Assembly: GCF_002078605.1 (NCBI RefSeq)
Contig: NZ_MSJR01000005.1
Coordinates: 157,922 to 189,921, forward strand
Reading direction: 5' to 3'
DNA length: 32,000 bases
Origin: Salegentibacter sediminis
GTDB lineage: Bacteria > Bacteroidota > Bacteroidia > Flavobacteriales > Flavobacteriaceae
Under the pieces are notes generated by a model. The model made no database searches and was not told the DNA's origin. It saw only the letters and a list, made by a program, of their open reading frames with translations. The translations under genes and the position numbers were made by a program. Shown here piece by piece: positions 1-8,052 of this stretch (position 1 is the first letter of the stretch; each line of letters opens with the position of its first letter).

Positions 1-330
1 ATCTTTTTCAATATAGGTGCCCGAAGAAGGAATAAAGGCTTCAGGCTGGTAATAATCATAGTAACTAACAAAATATTCTACCGCATTATCGGGAAAAAAC
101 TGCTTGAATTCTGAATAAAGCTGGGCGGCCAGGGTTTTATTGTGTGCGAGTACCAGGGTGGGTTTTTGCACTTCCTGCACCACATTGGCCATACTAAAGG
201 TCTTCCCCGAACCGGTAACCCCAAGTAGGGTTTGGTATTGGTCATTTTTATTAATTCCTTCTACCAGTTGGCGAATCGCTTCGGGTTGGTCTCCGGTTGG
301 TTTATAATCTGATTGTATTTTGAATTTCAT
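1..330 (-). CDS. uvrB: Excinuclease ABC subunit B (UvrB), N-terminal 110 codons; the gene runs off the left edge of the window
   Basis: My reverse-complement translation from the ATG at 330-328 gives [51 protein letters not shown]...[21 protein letters not shown]. This is the canonical UvrB N-terminus with Walker A GVTGSGKT and the [10 protein letters not shown]-type motif. Confidence 0.95.
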   Translation of the reverse strand, partial: MKFKIQSDYKPTGDQPEAIRQLVEGINKNDQYQTLLGVTGSGKTFSMANVVQEVQKPTLVLAHNKTLAAQLYSEFKQFFPDNAVEYFVSYYDYYQPEAFIPSSGTYIEKD

Positions 331-479
331 ATGAGCCTGTCTATTGTTGTTCAGTAGACATATGTAACATCCTTATAAAATTTTAATTCCTATCGGGTTT
401 TCCGGGAAGGATGTTTCATGAGTCTTTTCTTAGCCTTTCCAAACTAAGCAATTATCATACCTTTTCAAATCACTGGATG

Positions 480-3233
480 CTAATTTCGCTCCCGCTTCAG
501 GCTAAAGTGATCTTTGAATTCCCGGCCGTTTTCAAGGCTGATCTTAAACCAGTAATCATCAGAGGGCATGGGGCTGCCATTAAAAGTCCCGTCCCATCCA
601 ATTCCGCTGGGATCCAGTTCCTTTATCAGTTTTCCGTAGCGGTCAAAAATACGAATGCTTTTAATGCGATATTCAGGATCCTGAATCTGGTAGGGCAGCC
701 AGTTATCATTATAACCATCGGCGTTAGGTGTGAAAAACGAGGGAAAACCAAACACCAAAATCTCTTTTTCCACGATCTCACAATTATCGGTGTTTTTTGC
801 ATAGACAACGTGTGGACCCCCGGGTACATCACGAAATACTGGACTGGCCTGAAATGGACCATTTATATCATCCAGGGAAAAAGAAACCGGTGTATTTGAG
901 GCGTAGATTACCCTAAGAGTACTGCTGTTTCCCTGGCTTTCAATTTCTATATCCTGGATCGAAGGGCTGGAGAGTGCAGTAACTTCAAAAGAGACGGTTC
1001 TTCCGCAGCCAATATTGTTATCAATAATTTCTACGGAATAATTTCCCGGCTGAGTTACAGTTAAATCCCGGCCGATGTTGCCGTTGTCCCAATGAAAGCT
1101 GAAATTAGCATTATTAGAGAGGCTGATGTTCGGTGAAATTTCCAAAGGAAAAGCAGAAGGGCAAACCTTTACTTCAGTTAAAGCCTGAACCTGGGGAAAA
1201 GGATTGACTTCCATTGCCATACTACCAAAACCATAACAGATATTTTGATGATCGGCACGAAGGTATAAAGTTCCCGCTTCAGAAATATGTAAATTAGGCA
1301 GGGGATTCTGGCCTATTGCCGCTTCGTCTTCATCCTGATGGAAGCTTATGTCGATTCCGGCAGGTAAATTTAGGTCAGCAATAATTTTCTGGCGTATTCT
1401 TTCCAGGTTGAATTCAGCTGTGCCATCCCCCAGGTCACAACCCTGGGCGGGGGCAGGGGAAAGATCTATCGTTGGTTTTGTTTTTAATTTGACTTCAGCA
1501 ATATCAAAACATTCCGAGTTGAACTGATAGATCTTTGCGTAGACTACTTGTCCCGGCTTTTGGTTTGTATAGAAATCATTAACGGCGAGTTGGTTTAAAG
1601 TGTCGTTCACCGCGGTTTGATAATCTTCATAAAAATAGGCCTGGGTATTGGGGTTATTGTAAGTTAAAGGATCTTTAGCCAGCTGAAGATTGAACATGGC
1701 AATTCCATCGTTAGTATCCTCCCCCGTATCACATTGTACCAGTTCGTATTTATCCATTATCTCAGGGATTTCAGCGATGAAAATTTCTTTTCGGATGGGA
1801 TCCAGGGCCTCCCCGTCTATGTATTTTGTTAAGCTAACTACGTAACTTCCGGAAGAGGAGTAGGTATGCGTAGGGGCTTCTGCAGAGGAAGAGTTGCCGT
1901 CTCCAAAATCCCATTTAACCGAATCGAAAGGTTCATCACTGGTTATGAAAAATTCAGTTTGATCCCCGAGGCAAAGGTTTTTGAAATCGAAATTGGTTAG
2001 AAACAGGGACTGTATAAATGGAGGAAGCCCGAGTTTTACCAATCCGGGGCTTAGATTAAGAGAATTATGAGAGTAATTTACTGCATTTACAGCGGCTTCA
2101 GGGTTTTTAATCACCGATATATATGGATGTCTTTCTTCAAATATAGGATACCCGGCCCGGTAAATCCTACCGTCTATTGCCAGCTGTAAGGCTCCCGCCA
2201 CATTATTGCTGCTGGATACGGTTTTTCGAGAACTTATAACATTACTACTCTCGAGATCGAATTGATAGAGATCGCTATTTAATAGAACATCTTCCTCATT
2301 ATATACATTTGCAGTTACATAAAGTTTGGTAGACTTTGGTGAGAACTCTACACCATAGGGATAGGTGGCTGATAATATTACCCGTTCATTACTCACCTTT
2401 CCGGTTAAATTATCAAAATCGTATAAAAATACTTTTCCAGATCTTTTAGTTCCGGTTCTTGGGCTGCCCAGGTTGGTAGAGCTATTTGCAGAAGCTATCA
2501 TAGTGGCATCCGGAGAAATCTTCAGATAACCAATTGCTGTAACATTTATATTATATTGGTCCAGCCTGGGAGGAACCGAATTTGGCGTGGTAGAAACTAC
2601 CGGATTTGTATCTACACCCTGAGCGCTCACTTTAAAGGAAAGAAAACGATCTATAAATTGGGTTACCACCCAAAAAGAGCTACCATCGGCGTGATTAACC
2701 GCTGAAATTTTTTCTGAATTCTTAAATTCATTTTCTATGGGATCATTCGGGTTATAGGTAATAAGGTGAATATTTTTTTTGCCCGGCACTACATCTCCAT
2801 ACCCGTTATTCAGCGACATATCAATTTCGGTGTAGTTTACGCCTTCAATAGGATCATCTTCAATTTGATAATAATCGGGCTTATCTACCGTGAAAATGTA
2901 ATATTTACCTGGATTTGCCGGTTTAGGAATAATAATAGCCGATTGTGTGCTGGAGACATTTCCCTTCAAACCATAACCATTAGGCATTCTATTATGCTGG
3001 CGATCATATACCTGGATACCATCGGTGTAAAAAAGCAGGTTCCCCAATCGGTCTGATATCGTTGCACATCCCTCTACCGTTTGAAGATTGCCATTTTGAG
3101 GTATGGGCACGCCTGTGTTGAAATCAAGCCCGGCCCTATCCCCAAAATACCAGTTTGCTGCCTCCCGCTGAGCCATTAGCGGCTGGAAAAGTGCCAGAAA
3201 AATAATAAAGACTAAGGATAAGAAGAGTTTCAT
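480..3233 (-). CDS. Large secreted surface protein with a PKD-like domain and a C-terminal T9SS type B sorting domain (gliding-motility-associated C-terminal domain)
   Basis: The 917-aa ORF starts at an ATG. The N-terminal signal peptide is MKLFLSLVFIIFLALFQPLMAQ. A PKD-like segment reads WDFGDGNSSSAEAPTHTYSSSGSYVVSL. The C-terminus FFTPNADGYNDNWLP...IFDRYGKLIKEL...WDGTFNGSPMPSDDYWFKI matches the T9SS type B (CHU_C) sorting domain signature. Confidence 0.9.
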   Translation of the reverse strand: MKLFLSLVFIIFLALFQPLMAQREAANWYFGDRAGLDFNTGVPIPQNGNLQTVEGCATISDRLGNLLFYTDGIQVYDRQHNRMPNGYGLKGNVSSTQSAIIIPKPANPGKYYIFTVDKPDYYQIEDDPIEGVNYTEIDMSLNNGYGDVVPGKKNIHLITYNPNDPIENEFKNSEKISAVNHADGSSFWVVTQFIDRFLSFKVSAQGVDTNPVVSTTPNSVPPRLDQYNINVTAIGYLKISPDATMIASANSSTNLGSPRTGTKRSGKVFLYDFDNLTGKVSNERVILSATYPYGVEFSPKSTKLYVTANVYNEEDVLLNSDLYQFDLESSNVISSRKTVSSSNNVAGALQLAIDGRIYRAGYPIFEERHPYISVIKNPEAAVNAVNYSHNSLNLSPGLVKLGLPPFIQSLFLTNFDFKNLCLGDQTEFFITSDEPFDSVKWDFGDGNSSSAEAPTHTYSSSGSYVVSLTKYIDGEALDPIRKEIFIAEIPEIMDKYELVQCDTGEDTNDGIAMFNLQLAKDPLTYNNPNTQAYFYEDYQTAVNDTLNQLAVNDFYTNQKPGQVVYAKIYQFNSECFDIAEVKLKTKPTIDLSPAPAQGCDLGDGTAEFNLERIRQKIIADLNLPAGIDISFHQDEDEAAIGQNPLPNLHISEAGTLYLRADHQNICYGFGSMAMEVNPFPQVQALTEVKVCPSAFPLEISPNISLSNNANFSFHWDNGNIGRDLTVTQPGNYSVEIIDNNIGCGRTVSFEVTALSSPSIQDIEIESQGNSSTLRVIYASNTPVSFSLDDINGPFQASPVFRDVPGGPHVVYAKNTDNCEIVEKEILVFGFPSFFTPNADGYNDNWLPYQIQDPEYRIKSIRIFDRYGKLIKELDPSGIGWDGTFNGSPMPSDDYWFKISLENGREFKDHFSLKRERN

Positions 3234-3257
3234 TGTAGTAATGTGTTCTCCAATGTA

Positions 3258-4094
3258 TTACAAATCCCGCTTCTTTAATAATTTATACGACAGAAAGACA
3301 AAAATAACCGTCCAACCAAGCACGATTAGAATGTCGGTAAGATGTACACTGTAATCTTTTTCAATTGCAGATCCTATTTGAGTGGCAGCCATTTGTACCG
3401 CTCCAAGTCGGCTAAAGGGCTCTACCAAAAGCTTGCTCATAGCTTCCAAAGGGAAAAAACCGGCTATTTTATCGGCGATTTCAGTCTCGCGAAACAAGCG
3501 CCATTTTAAGATCCCGTAAGCGATATTTTCCAGAACCCACCAGATAAAGATAAACCCAAGGGCAAAAGCCGATCGTTTTATTAGCATCCCAGCGAACATA
3601 CAGAAAGCAAAGAAGCCAGTGAGGTTTAAAAAATAGGCGAAAATATATTCCATATCGGAAAAGATGACAGCAACTTCCGTATCATCTGAAAAGGAAAGCC
3701 CCAGAATAAGAGATAGGATAAAAAGAAAAAGAGTGGAGGCTACTGAAAGTACCAGCACGGTAAGAAACTTTGAACTTATAAATTCCTTTTTACTAAGGCC
3801 ATCTATCAAATTTTGTTTTAACGTGCGATTGCTATATTCATTAGAGATCATTGAGACAATAACTATAGCCAGAAATAATTTTAAAAAGGAAGCGATATAG
3901 GCGTTAAAATGCCAGATAAACGGAAAATTAAATATACCCTGATCTGCAACCCTAAACTCCAGGCTACCTATGTTGAATTCTATTGAAGCGATCAAGGCGA
4001 TAAAACTAAGGAGGATAAAATAGGAAAACACCAGTATTTTTGCAGACCGGCTATATCTTAACTTATGAAATTCTATGTCTAGTAATCGTAACAT
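3258..4094 (-). CDS. ABC-2 family transporter permease
   Basis: The 278-aa polytopic hydrophobic ORF has about 6 predicted TM stretches. Its ATG at 4094 lies 2 bp after the stop (4097) of the upstream ABC ATPase gene, a typical ATPase-permease operon arrangement. Confidence 0.75.
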   Translation of the reverse strand: MLRLLDIEFHKLRYSRSAKILVFSYFILLSFIALIASIEFNIGSLEFRVADQGIFNFPFIWHFNAYIASFLKLFLAIVIVSMISNEYSNRTLKQNLIDGLSKKEFISSKFLTVLVLSVASTLFLFILSLILGLSFSDDTEVAVIFSDMEYIFAYFLNLTGFFAFCMFAGMLIKRSAFALGFIFIWWVLENIAYGILKWRLFRETEIADKIAGFFPLEAMSKLLVEPFSRLGAVQMAATQIGSAIEKDYSVHLTDILIVLGWTVIFVFLSYKLLKKRDL

Positions 4095-4096
4095 AA

Positions 4097-5002
4097 TCAG
4101 GCTGAATGGGTTTGTTTAGTTAATTCCAGGAACTGTTCTTCCAGGCTCTCACGGCGTTTTACTAAATAAGAAAGAGAAAGACCTTTTTCAAAAATATATT
4201 CATTGATGGTCTCTGGCTCCATAGGATCGGCAAGAATTGCGGTAACCAGGCCATCTTTTTCTGAAACCTTGGCGATATGTGGATGCCCTTCAAGAATCTG
4301 GATTAATAGATCGGTGTTTTTGGCTTTCAGTTCAAAGAAGCCATGGCTGGCATTAATGCCATCTACCGGGCCGCTGTATAATTTTTTCCCTTTTCCTATA
4401 ATCACCACATGGGTGCAAACTTTCTCAACTTCGTCCAGCAGGTGAGAGGCCAGCAAAATTGTAGTTCCGCCAGCAGCGATCTTTCTTATGATCTCCCTTA
4501 TCTGGTGAATCCCTTCGGGATCTAGCCCGTTGGTGGGTTCATCCAGAATGAGAATTTCAGGATCATTCAACAGGGCTGAGGCAATCGCCAGGCGTTGTTT
4601 CATTCCCAAAGAAAAAGTTCTGAATTTGCTGTCTTTACGGTCCAGCAGGTTTACAATCTTTAATTTTTCTTCGATTCTCTCCTTTTTAACCCCTTTTATC
4701 TTACAGACCAGTTCCAGGTTCTGGACAGCGGTCATATAAGGATAAAAATTTGGGTGTTCGATTATGGCTCCTACTTTTTTAAGCGCCTCGTGAGTAGATT
4801 CAAAGCCTTCAAACCAGGAAAAATCTCCGGAGGTTTTATTTACCACATTTAGAATCATTCCCAGGGTAGTGGATTTCCCGCTCCCGTTTGGGCCTAGAAT
4901 TCCGTATACATTTCCTTTTTGAATACTAAAGGAAAGTTGGTCTACCGCGGTAAGGGAACCGAATTTCTTAGTGAGCCGGCTTATTTTTAGAATTGTTTCC
5001 AA
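4097..5002 (-). CDS. ABC transporter ATP-binding protein; the start is uncertain and TTG at 5002 is preferred over the longest ORF start at 5185
   Basis: Walker A GPNGSGKST, signature LSLGMKQRL, Walker B ILILDEPTNGLD and the H-loop SH are all present. With the TTG at 5002-5000 the N-terminus is (M)ETILKISRLTKKFG and Walker A begins about residue 37, as in typical ABC ATPases. The longer ORF to 5185 adds 61 non-homologous-looking residues and collides head-on with the neighbouring gene. Confidence 0.85.
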   Translation of the reverse strand: METILKISRLTKKFGSLTAVDQLSFSIQKGNVYGILGPNGSGKSTTLGMILNVVNKTSGDFSWFEGFESTHEALKKVGAIIEHPNFYPYMTAVQNLELVCKIKGVKKERIEEKLKIVNLLDRKDSKFRTFSLGMKQRLAIASALLNDPEILILDEPTNGLDPEGIHQIREIIRKIAAGGTTILLASHLLDEVEKVCTHVVIIGKGKKLYSGPVDGINASHGFFELKAKNTDLLIQILEGHPHIAKVSEKDGLVTAILADPMEPETINEYIFEKGLSLSYLVKRRESLEEQFLELTKQTHSA

Positions 5003-5070
5003 AATTGAAGAAATATTTGTAATATGACTACTAAGGTAAGCTTTTGTTACAGAGTTCAGCACAGATAGCT

Positions 5071-5078
5071 TATTTTTG
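5071..5078 (+). promoter_or_regulatory. Candidate Bacteroidetes sigma-A -7 box (TATTTTTG = TAnnTTTG)
   Basis: This is an exact match to the TAnnTTTG consensus, 19 nt upstream of the first true ATG (5097) of the downstream ORF. The ORF-track start at 5076 is the TTG inside this box. Confidence 0.35.
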
Positions 5079-5096
5079 AAAAAAATCGCGCCAAGC

Positions 5097-6164
5097 ATGG
5101 AAGAAAAATTAATGTCCAGGAAAAAACCCTCATTTCCTGTTAATGAGAGATTTAATCGGTACCTGGCCAAACATAACCGCAACACAAAAATCCCCGTTTT
5201 TTATGATGACCTTTTAAGGTTTGCTGGTTCCATTGTGGTTTACGATCAGCATGAACAGGATACTTTTTGGGTGCGCTGTTATTATGAAGATCACGAGCGA
5301 ACCGAAATTGATGAAAGCCTGAAACAGGTCTATACCATCCTGCATTCTGATGGGAGTGACGATTCGCTGGAGTTTCTCAATATCGATGCCATAGATTACT
5401 GTACTTTCGGAAATTCAAAACCTTTCAGGGTAAGAGTGCGAAATATTCTAAATGATAGTTTCACATATTTCTATGTGAAAAAAGCTGATGCTTCCCGGAT
5501 CTACGGACTTGAATTTGAACACTTGCTGTCGCCGCACCGTATTAACTTTCTGGTGTATAAGGACACCTTAATTGAAGAACATATAGCCGGAATCCCGGGC
5601 GATGTTTTTATCGAGGAACATTTGCCGGCCTGCGATAACCGTGCGCAAACCCAAATCGCAAAACAGTTCGTGAAGTTCAATGAGCGTTGTACAGTTAGAT
5701 TGCTGGGAGATATGAGGTCTTACAATTACGTGGTAATCCCAACCCACGACTTTGACCACGTAGAATATCAGATAAGAGCGATAGATTTCGATCAACAGTG
5801 CTTTGAAGGGAATTTGAAAGTTTACCGGCCGCAGTTCTTTAAAGAGAACTATACCATGGTAAAACTTGTTCAGGATAAATTACAGGAATCTTCTATCGAG
5901 CAATACCGTAAGGAAGAGCGATCCTTATTGGCTAAAAGAATGATCAATACACGCCAGCGTTATAAAGAGCTGATAAGATGCATGATAAATGACCATGTTT
6001 CAACCCAGCATAACGTGAAAAGCCTGCGCAAGGATCTTTACAAATATACCAATGATATGAAGTTTAAACGGGCTAATACTATGGGGCAAATTCTACGTAC
6101 GGCCCTGGATTTTGTAATGCGAAATTATGAAGATGTTAATATGAAACGTCTGTTACAAGATTAA
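5097..6164 (+). CDS. Conserved hypothetical protein with a protein-kinase-like motif series; function unknown
   Basis: This is a long ORF (355 aa from the ATG at 5097) followed immediately by a strong hairpin terminator. The motifs, in order, are FYVKK, GLEFEHLL, LIEEHIAGIPG, LLGDMRSYNYVV and IRAIDFDQ. This resembles the Lys / alphaC-Glu / hinge / GDxxxxN catalytic loop / IDFD metal loop of the protein-kinase-like fold. It rests on motif reading only. Confidence 0.7.
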   Translation: MEEKLMSRKKPSFPVNERFNRYLAKHNRNTKIPVFYDDLLRFAGSIVVYDQHEQDTFWVRCYYEDHERTEIDESLKQVYTILHSDGSDDSLEFLNIDAIDYCTFGNSKPFRVRVRNILNDSFTYFYVKKADASRIYGLEFEHLLSPHRINFLVYKDTLIEEHIAGIPGDVFIEEHLPACDNRAQTQIAKQFVKFNERCTVRLLGDMRSYNYVVIPTHDFDHVEYQIRAIDFDQQCFEGNLKVYRPQFFKENYTMVKLVQDKLQESSIEQYRKEERSLLAKRMINTRQRYKELIRCMINDHVSTQHNVKSLRKDLYKYTNDMKFKRANTMGQILRTALDFVMRNYEDVNMKRLLQD

Positions 6165-6191
6165 AAAAAAGGGACTGCAAGGTCCCTTTTT
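6163..6191. terminator. Bidirectional rho-independent terminator between convergent genes
   Basis: The element is A8 (6163-6170), stem GGGAC (6171-6175), loop TGCAAG, stem GTCCC (6182-6186), then T5 (6187-6191). The A- and T-tracts can extend the stem. It sits between the stop at 6164 (+) and the stop at 6197 (-). Confidence 0.7.
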
Positions 6192-6196
6192 CAATT

Positions 6197-7255
6197 TTAG
6201 CTTTTTTCTTCTTTGTTGAAATATACCAGATAATAGTACATCTGTTTTTCTTCATCCCAGCCTTTTTCTACAAATTTATCTGCAGATTCAGCATTAACAA
6301 AGTCCATCTTGATCTGTATGTTGGTATCGAGATTAATGATGTTTTTAATCTTTTTCCGGGCATCGGTAACCGCCTTATTGGCAATAGGGAATTCGGTGAG
6401 ATCTTCTATCTTGTATTTTGGGCCTTTCTCGGTTTTGTAATGTTGAAACTCAGGTAAAAGGTCTGGATTGTCAACCACAGAACTTAAAAAATTGCTTTCC
6501 TGGAAGTCATCGTTTTTAGCAAAATAATCCATACTTCGGTTCATAAACATCACCTCTTCTTTTTTATCTTCTGCAGGCAGAACAACGTCTTTGGCGAAAT
6601 TCTTACAAAAATTCAGGTAGCTTTTGGTGTTGTAATTTTCATCCCGCATCACATCTACGCCCAGGAAGTTTTCCAGCCAGTATTTAGTGTCGTATTTATT
6701 GGAATCTACCGAAAGGATTTTGTAGCCTTCAGCCCGGTTTTTATTGAAAATTAAGGCGCCTTTGTCCAGTTTGTTGAGGTTTATACCCTGCTGAACGATC
6801 ATATCCAGAATACTGCCTTTTTCCTCAAACTGAAGGAAATCGTGTTTAAGCTCCGATTTGAATATGCCGATAGCTGGAACTTTTTCATTATCCAACTGCA
6901 TGTTTTCAAAATAAACGACATATACCTCCCCGCTTTTTATATGCGGGTGCGAGGATTGTTCATAAAGCAAGGTGGTGATTTTCTTGGAAACCTCATGAAT
7001 ACCCGCAGGATCATCAAAGATGGTCCCGGCCAAATTATATAACTCGTTGAACTCTAAATCTGCCTCGTGCGAAAAATGAAAGTAATTTTCTTCTTTTTCT
7101 CTGAAGGCTTTAAGGAAATATTCCTTGATAAGCGGCATTATCTCATCGTTTAATTGATATGGCGCTGCCGATAGAAAAATGTTCTCGTTCCTGCTTTTAT
7201 TCCCTACCCTGTGAATAGAAAGCGATTCAATTTGAGCATTAAAAAGGTTGATCAT
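6197..7255 (-). CDS. Nucleoid-associated protein, NdpA/YejK-like family
   Basis: The 352-aa ORF starts at an ATG. The N-terminus MINLFNAQIESLSIHRVGNKSRNE resembles the conserved 'IHRVGNK'-type start of 37-kDa nucleoid-associated (NdpA) family proteins as annotated in Bacteroidetes. The call was made from memory of the family, not from a search. Confidence 0.6.
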   Translation of the reverse strand: MINLFNAQIESLSIHRVGNKSRNENIFLSAAPYQLNDEIMPLIKEYFLKAFREKEENYFHFSHEADLEFNELYNLAGTIFDDPAGIHEVSKKITTLLYEQSSHPHIKSGEVYVVYFENMQLDNEKVPAIGIFKSELKHDFLQFEEKGSILDMIVQQGINLNKLDKGALIFNKNRAEGYKILSVDSNKYDTKYWLENFLGVDVMRDENYNTKSYLNFCKNFAKDVVLPAEDKKEEVMFMNRSMDYFAKNDDFQESNFLSSVVDNPDLLPEFQHYKTEKGPKYKIEDLTEFPIANKAVTDARKKIKNIINLDTNIQIKMDFVNAESADKFVEKGWDEEKQMYYYLVYFNKEEKS

Positions 7256-7472
7256 TCAGTATAAAATTTAGGTCATTTCCGCCCATCCCAACATCGGAAT
7301 AACCTCCGGCGGAAATCTGTTTAGTTATTGCAAAATTCCGGGTCCCTGGGTTTCAGCGAAATGAAACACGGCGCACCAGTTTTTAGATTCAGGTGTAATA
7401 GTAGTGAATTTTTCCTTTCTGAAATGGTTCACCTCAAAACTTTAAAGCGGAAAAATGTCTGGAAAATTATCC

Positions 7473-7499
7473 CGAAGCAAGTTTGGGTTGATTGCTTCG
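7473..7499 (-). terminator. Candidate terminator hairpin just after the stop of the 7503-8003 gene
   Basis: An 8-bp stem CGAAGCAA (7473-7480) / TTGCTTCG (7492-7499) encloses an 11-nt loop. On the minus strand it is followed by GGATAATTTT. The T-tract is modest. Confidence 0.4.
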
Positions 7500-7502
7500 C
7501 AA

Positions 7503-8003
7503 TCAATTCCAGTTTTCGTCGAAAGACAAATTATCGTAGTCGTCTATATCCAGATCATCATCAAATTCCCCCGGGATATTCTCGTCTTCCGCCACAAATT
7601 CTTTATCGGGCGCTGAATCCGGCAATTGCCCATGTACGAACATGAGATTAGGGTAGTCACGTCCTTCTTCAATTTCAGCGATTTCGCCGAGTTCAATGAG
7701 GAATGTCCACATATTTAAAAAGTCGTATACGTAGATAATTTTCCTGTTTTTCTCGTCTAAAATACTTTCCAGGCTGGTTTCGTTCATAAGGCGAACCTCT
7801 CCCCCCATATCGAACTGTGAAATTTCTTCGCCCTGGTTCCAGTCTTCGTCACTAAGATAAAATGAAGCCATTTCTGTACCGTCAAACCCAAAGGATTGAA
7901 TGATAGTATTATGAAGGTCCTCCAAAGTACTTTCCTGAAGTATCTCTATATCCCTGAACACATCTTCTTCTGCATCGAGAATTACTCTAAATCTGTAAAC
8001 CAT
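7503..8003 (-). CDS. pRiA4b ORF-3-like (MM3350-like) family protein with an acidic C-terminal tail
   Basis: The 166-aa ORF starts at an ATG. The N-terminal segment VYRFRVILDAEEDVFRDIEILQESTLEDLHNTIIQSFGFDGTEMASFY fits the family pattern (hxhxVxL..ixRxi.v....tL.dLH..Iq.afGf...h..F). The C-terminus is strongly acidic (DDDLDIDDYDNLSFDENWN). Confidence 0.5.
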   Translation of the reverse strand: MVYRFRVILDAEEDVFRDIEILQESTLEDLHNTIIQSFGFDGTEMASFYLSDEDWNQGEEISQFDMGGEVRLMNETSLESILDEKNRKIIYVYDFLNMWTFLIELGEIAEIEEGRDYPNLMFVHGQLPDSAPDKEFVAEDENIPGEFDDDLDIDDYDNLSFDENWN

Positions 8004-8052
8004 AATAAAATTTTAAGGCTTCAAAGTTACGTTTTTTAGATGAGAATGAAAG

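Noticed and set aside
345-375. The ACATATGT palindrome upstream of uvrB as a possible SOS/LexA-type operator.
   Set aside because: It is only an 8-bp AT-rich palindrome that does not extend. It does not resemble any LexA box consensus I know. A chance occurrence is likely.
411-899. The 162-aa plus-strand ORF (and the nested 78-aa minus ORF at 626-862) over the 3' end of the T9SS cargo gene.
   Set aside because: It lies entirely antisense to, or out of frame within, a 917-aa ORF that has clear domain signatures. Its translation is low-complexity and hydrophobic with no recognisable motif. It is a typical shadow ORF.
7328-7645. The 105-aa plus-strand ORF in the long spacer.
   Set aside because: Its last ~140 bp are antisense to the well-supported 7503-8003 gene. 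It has no family resemblance and no promoter box upstream.
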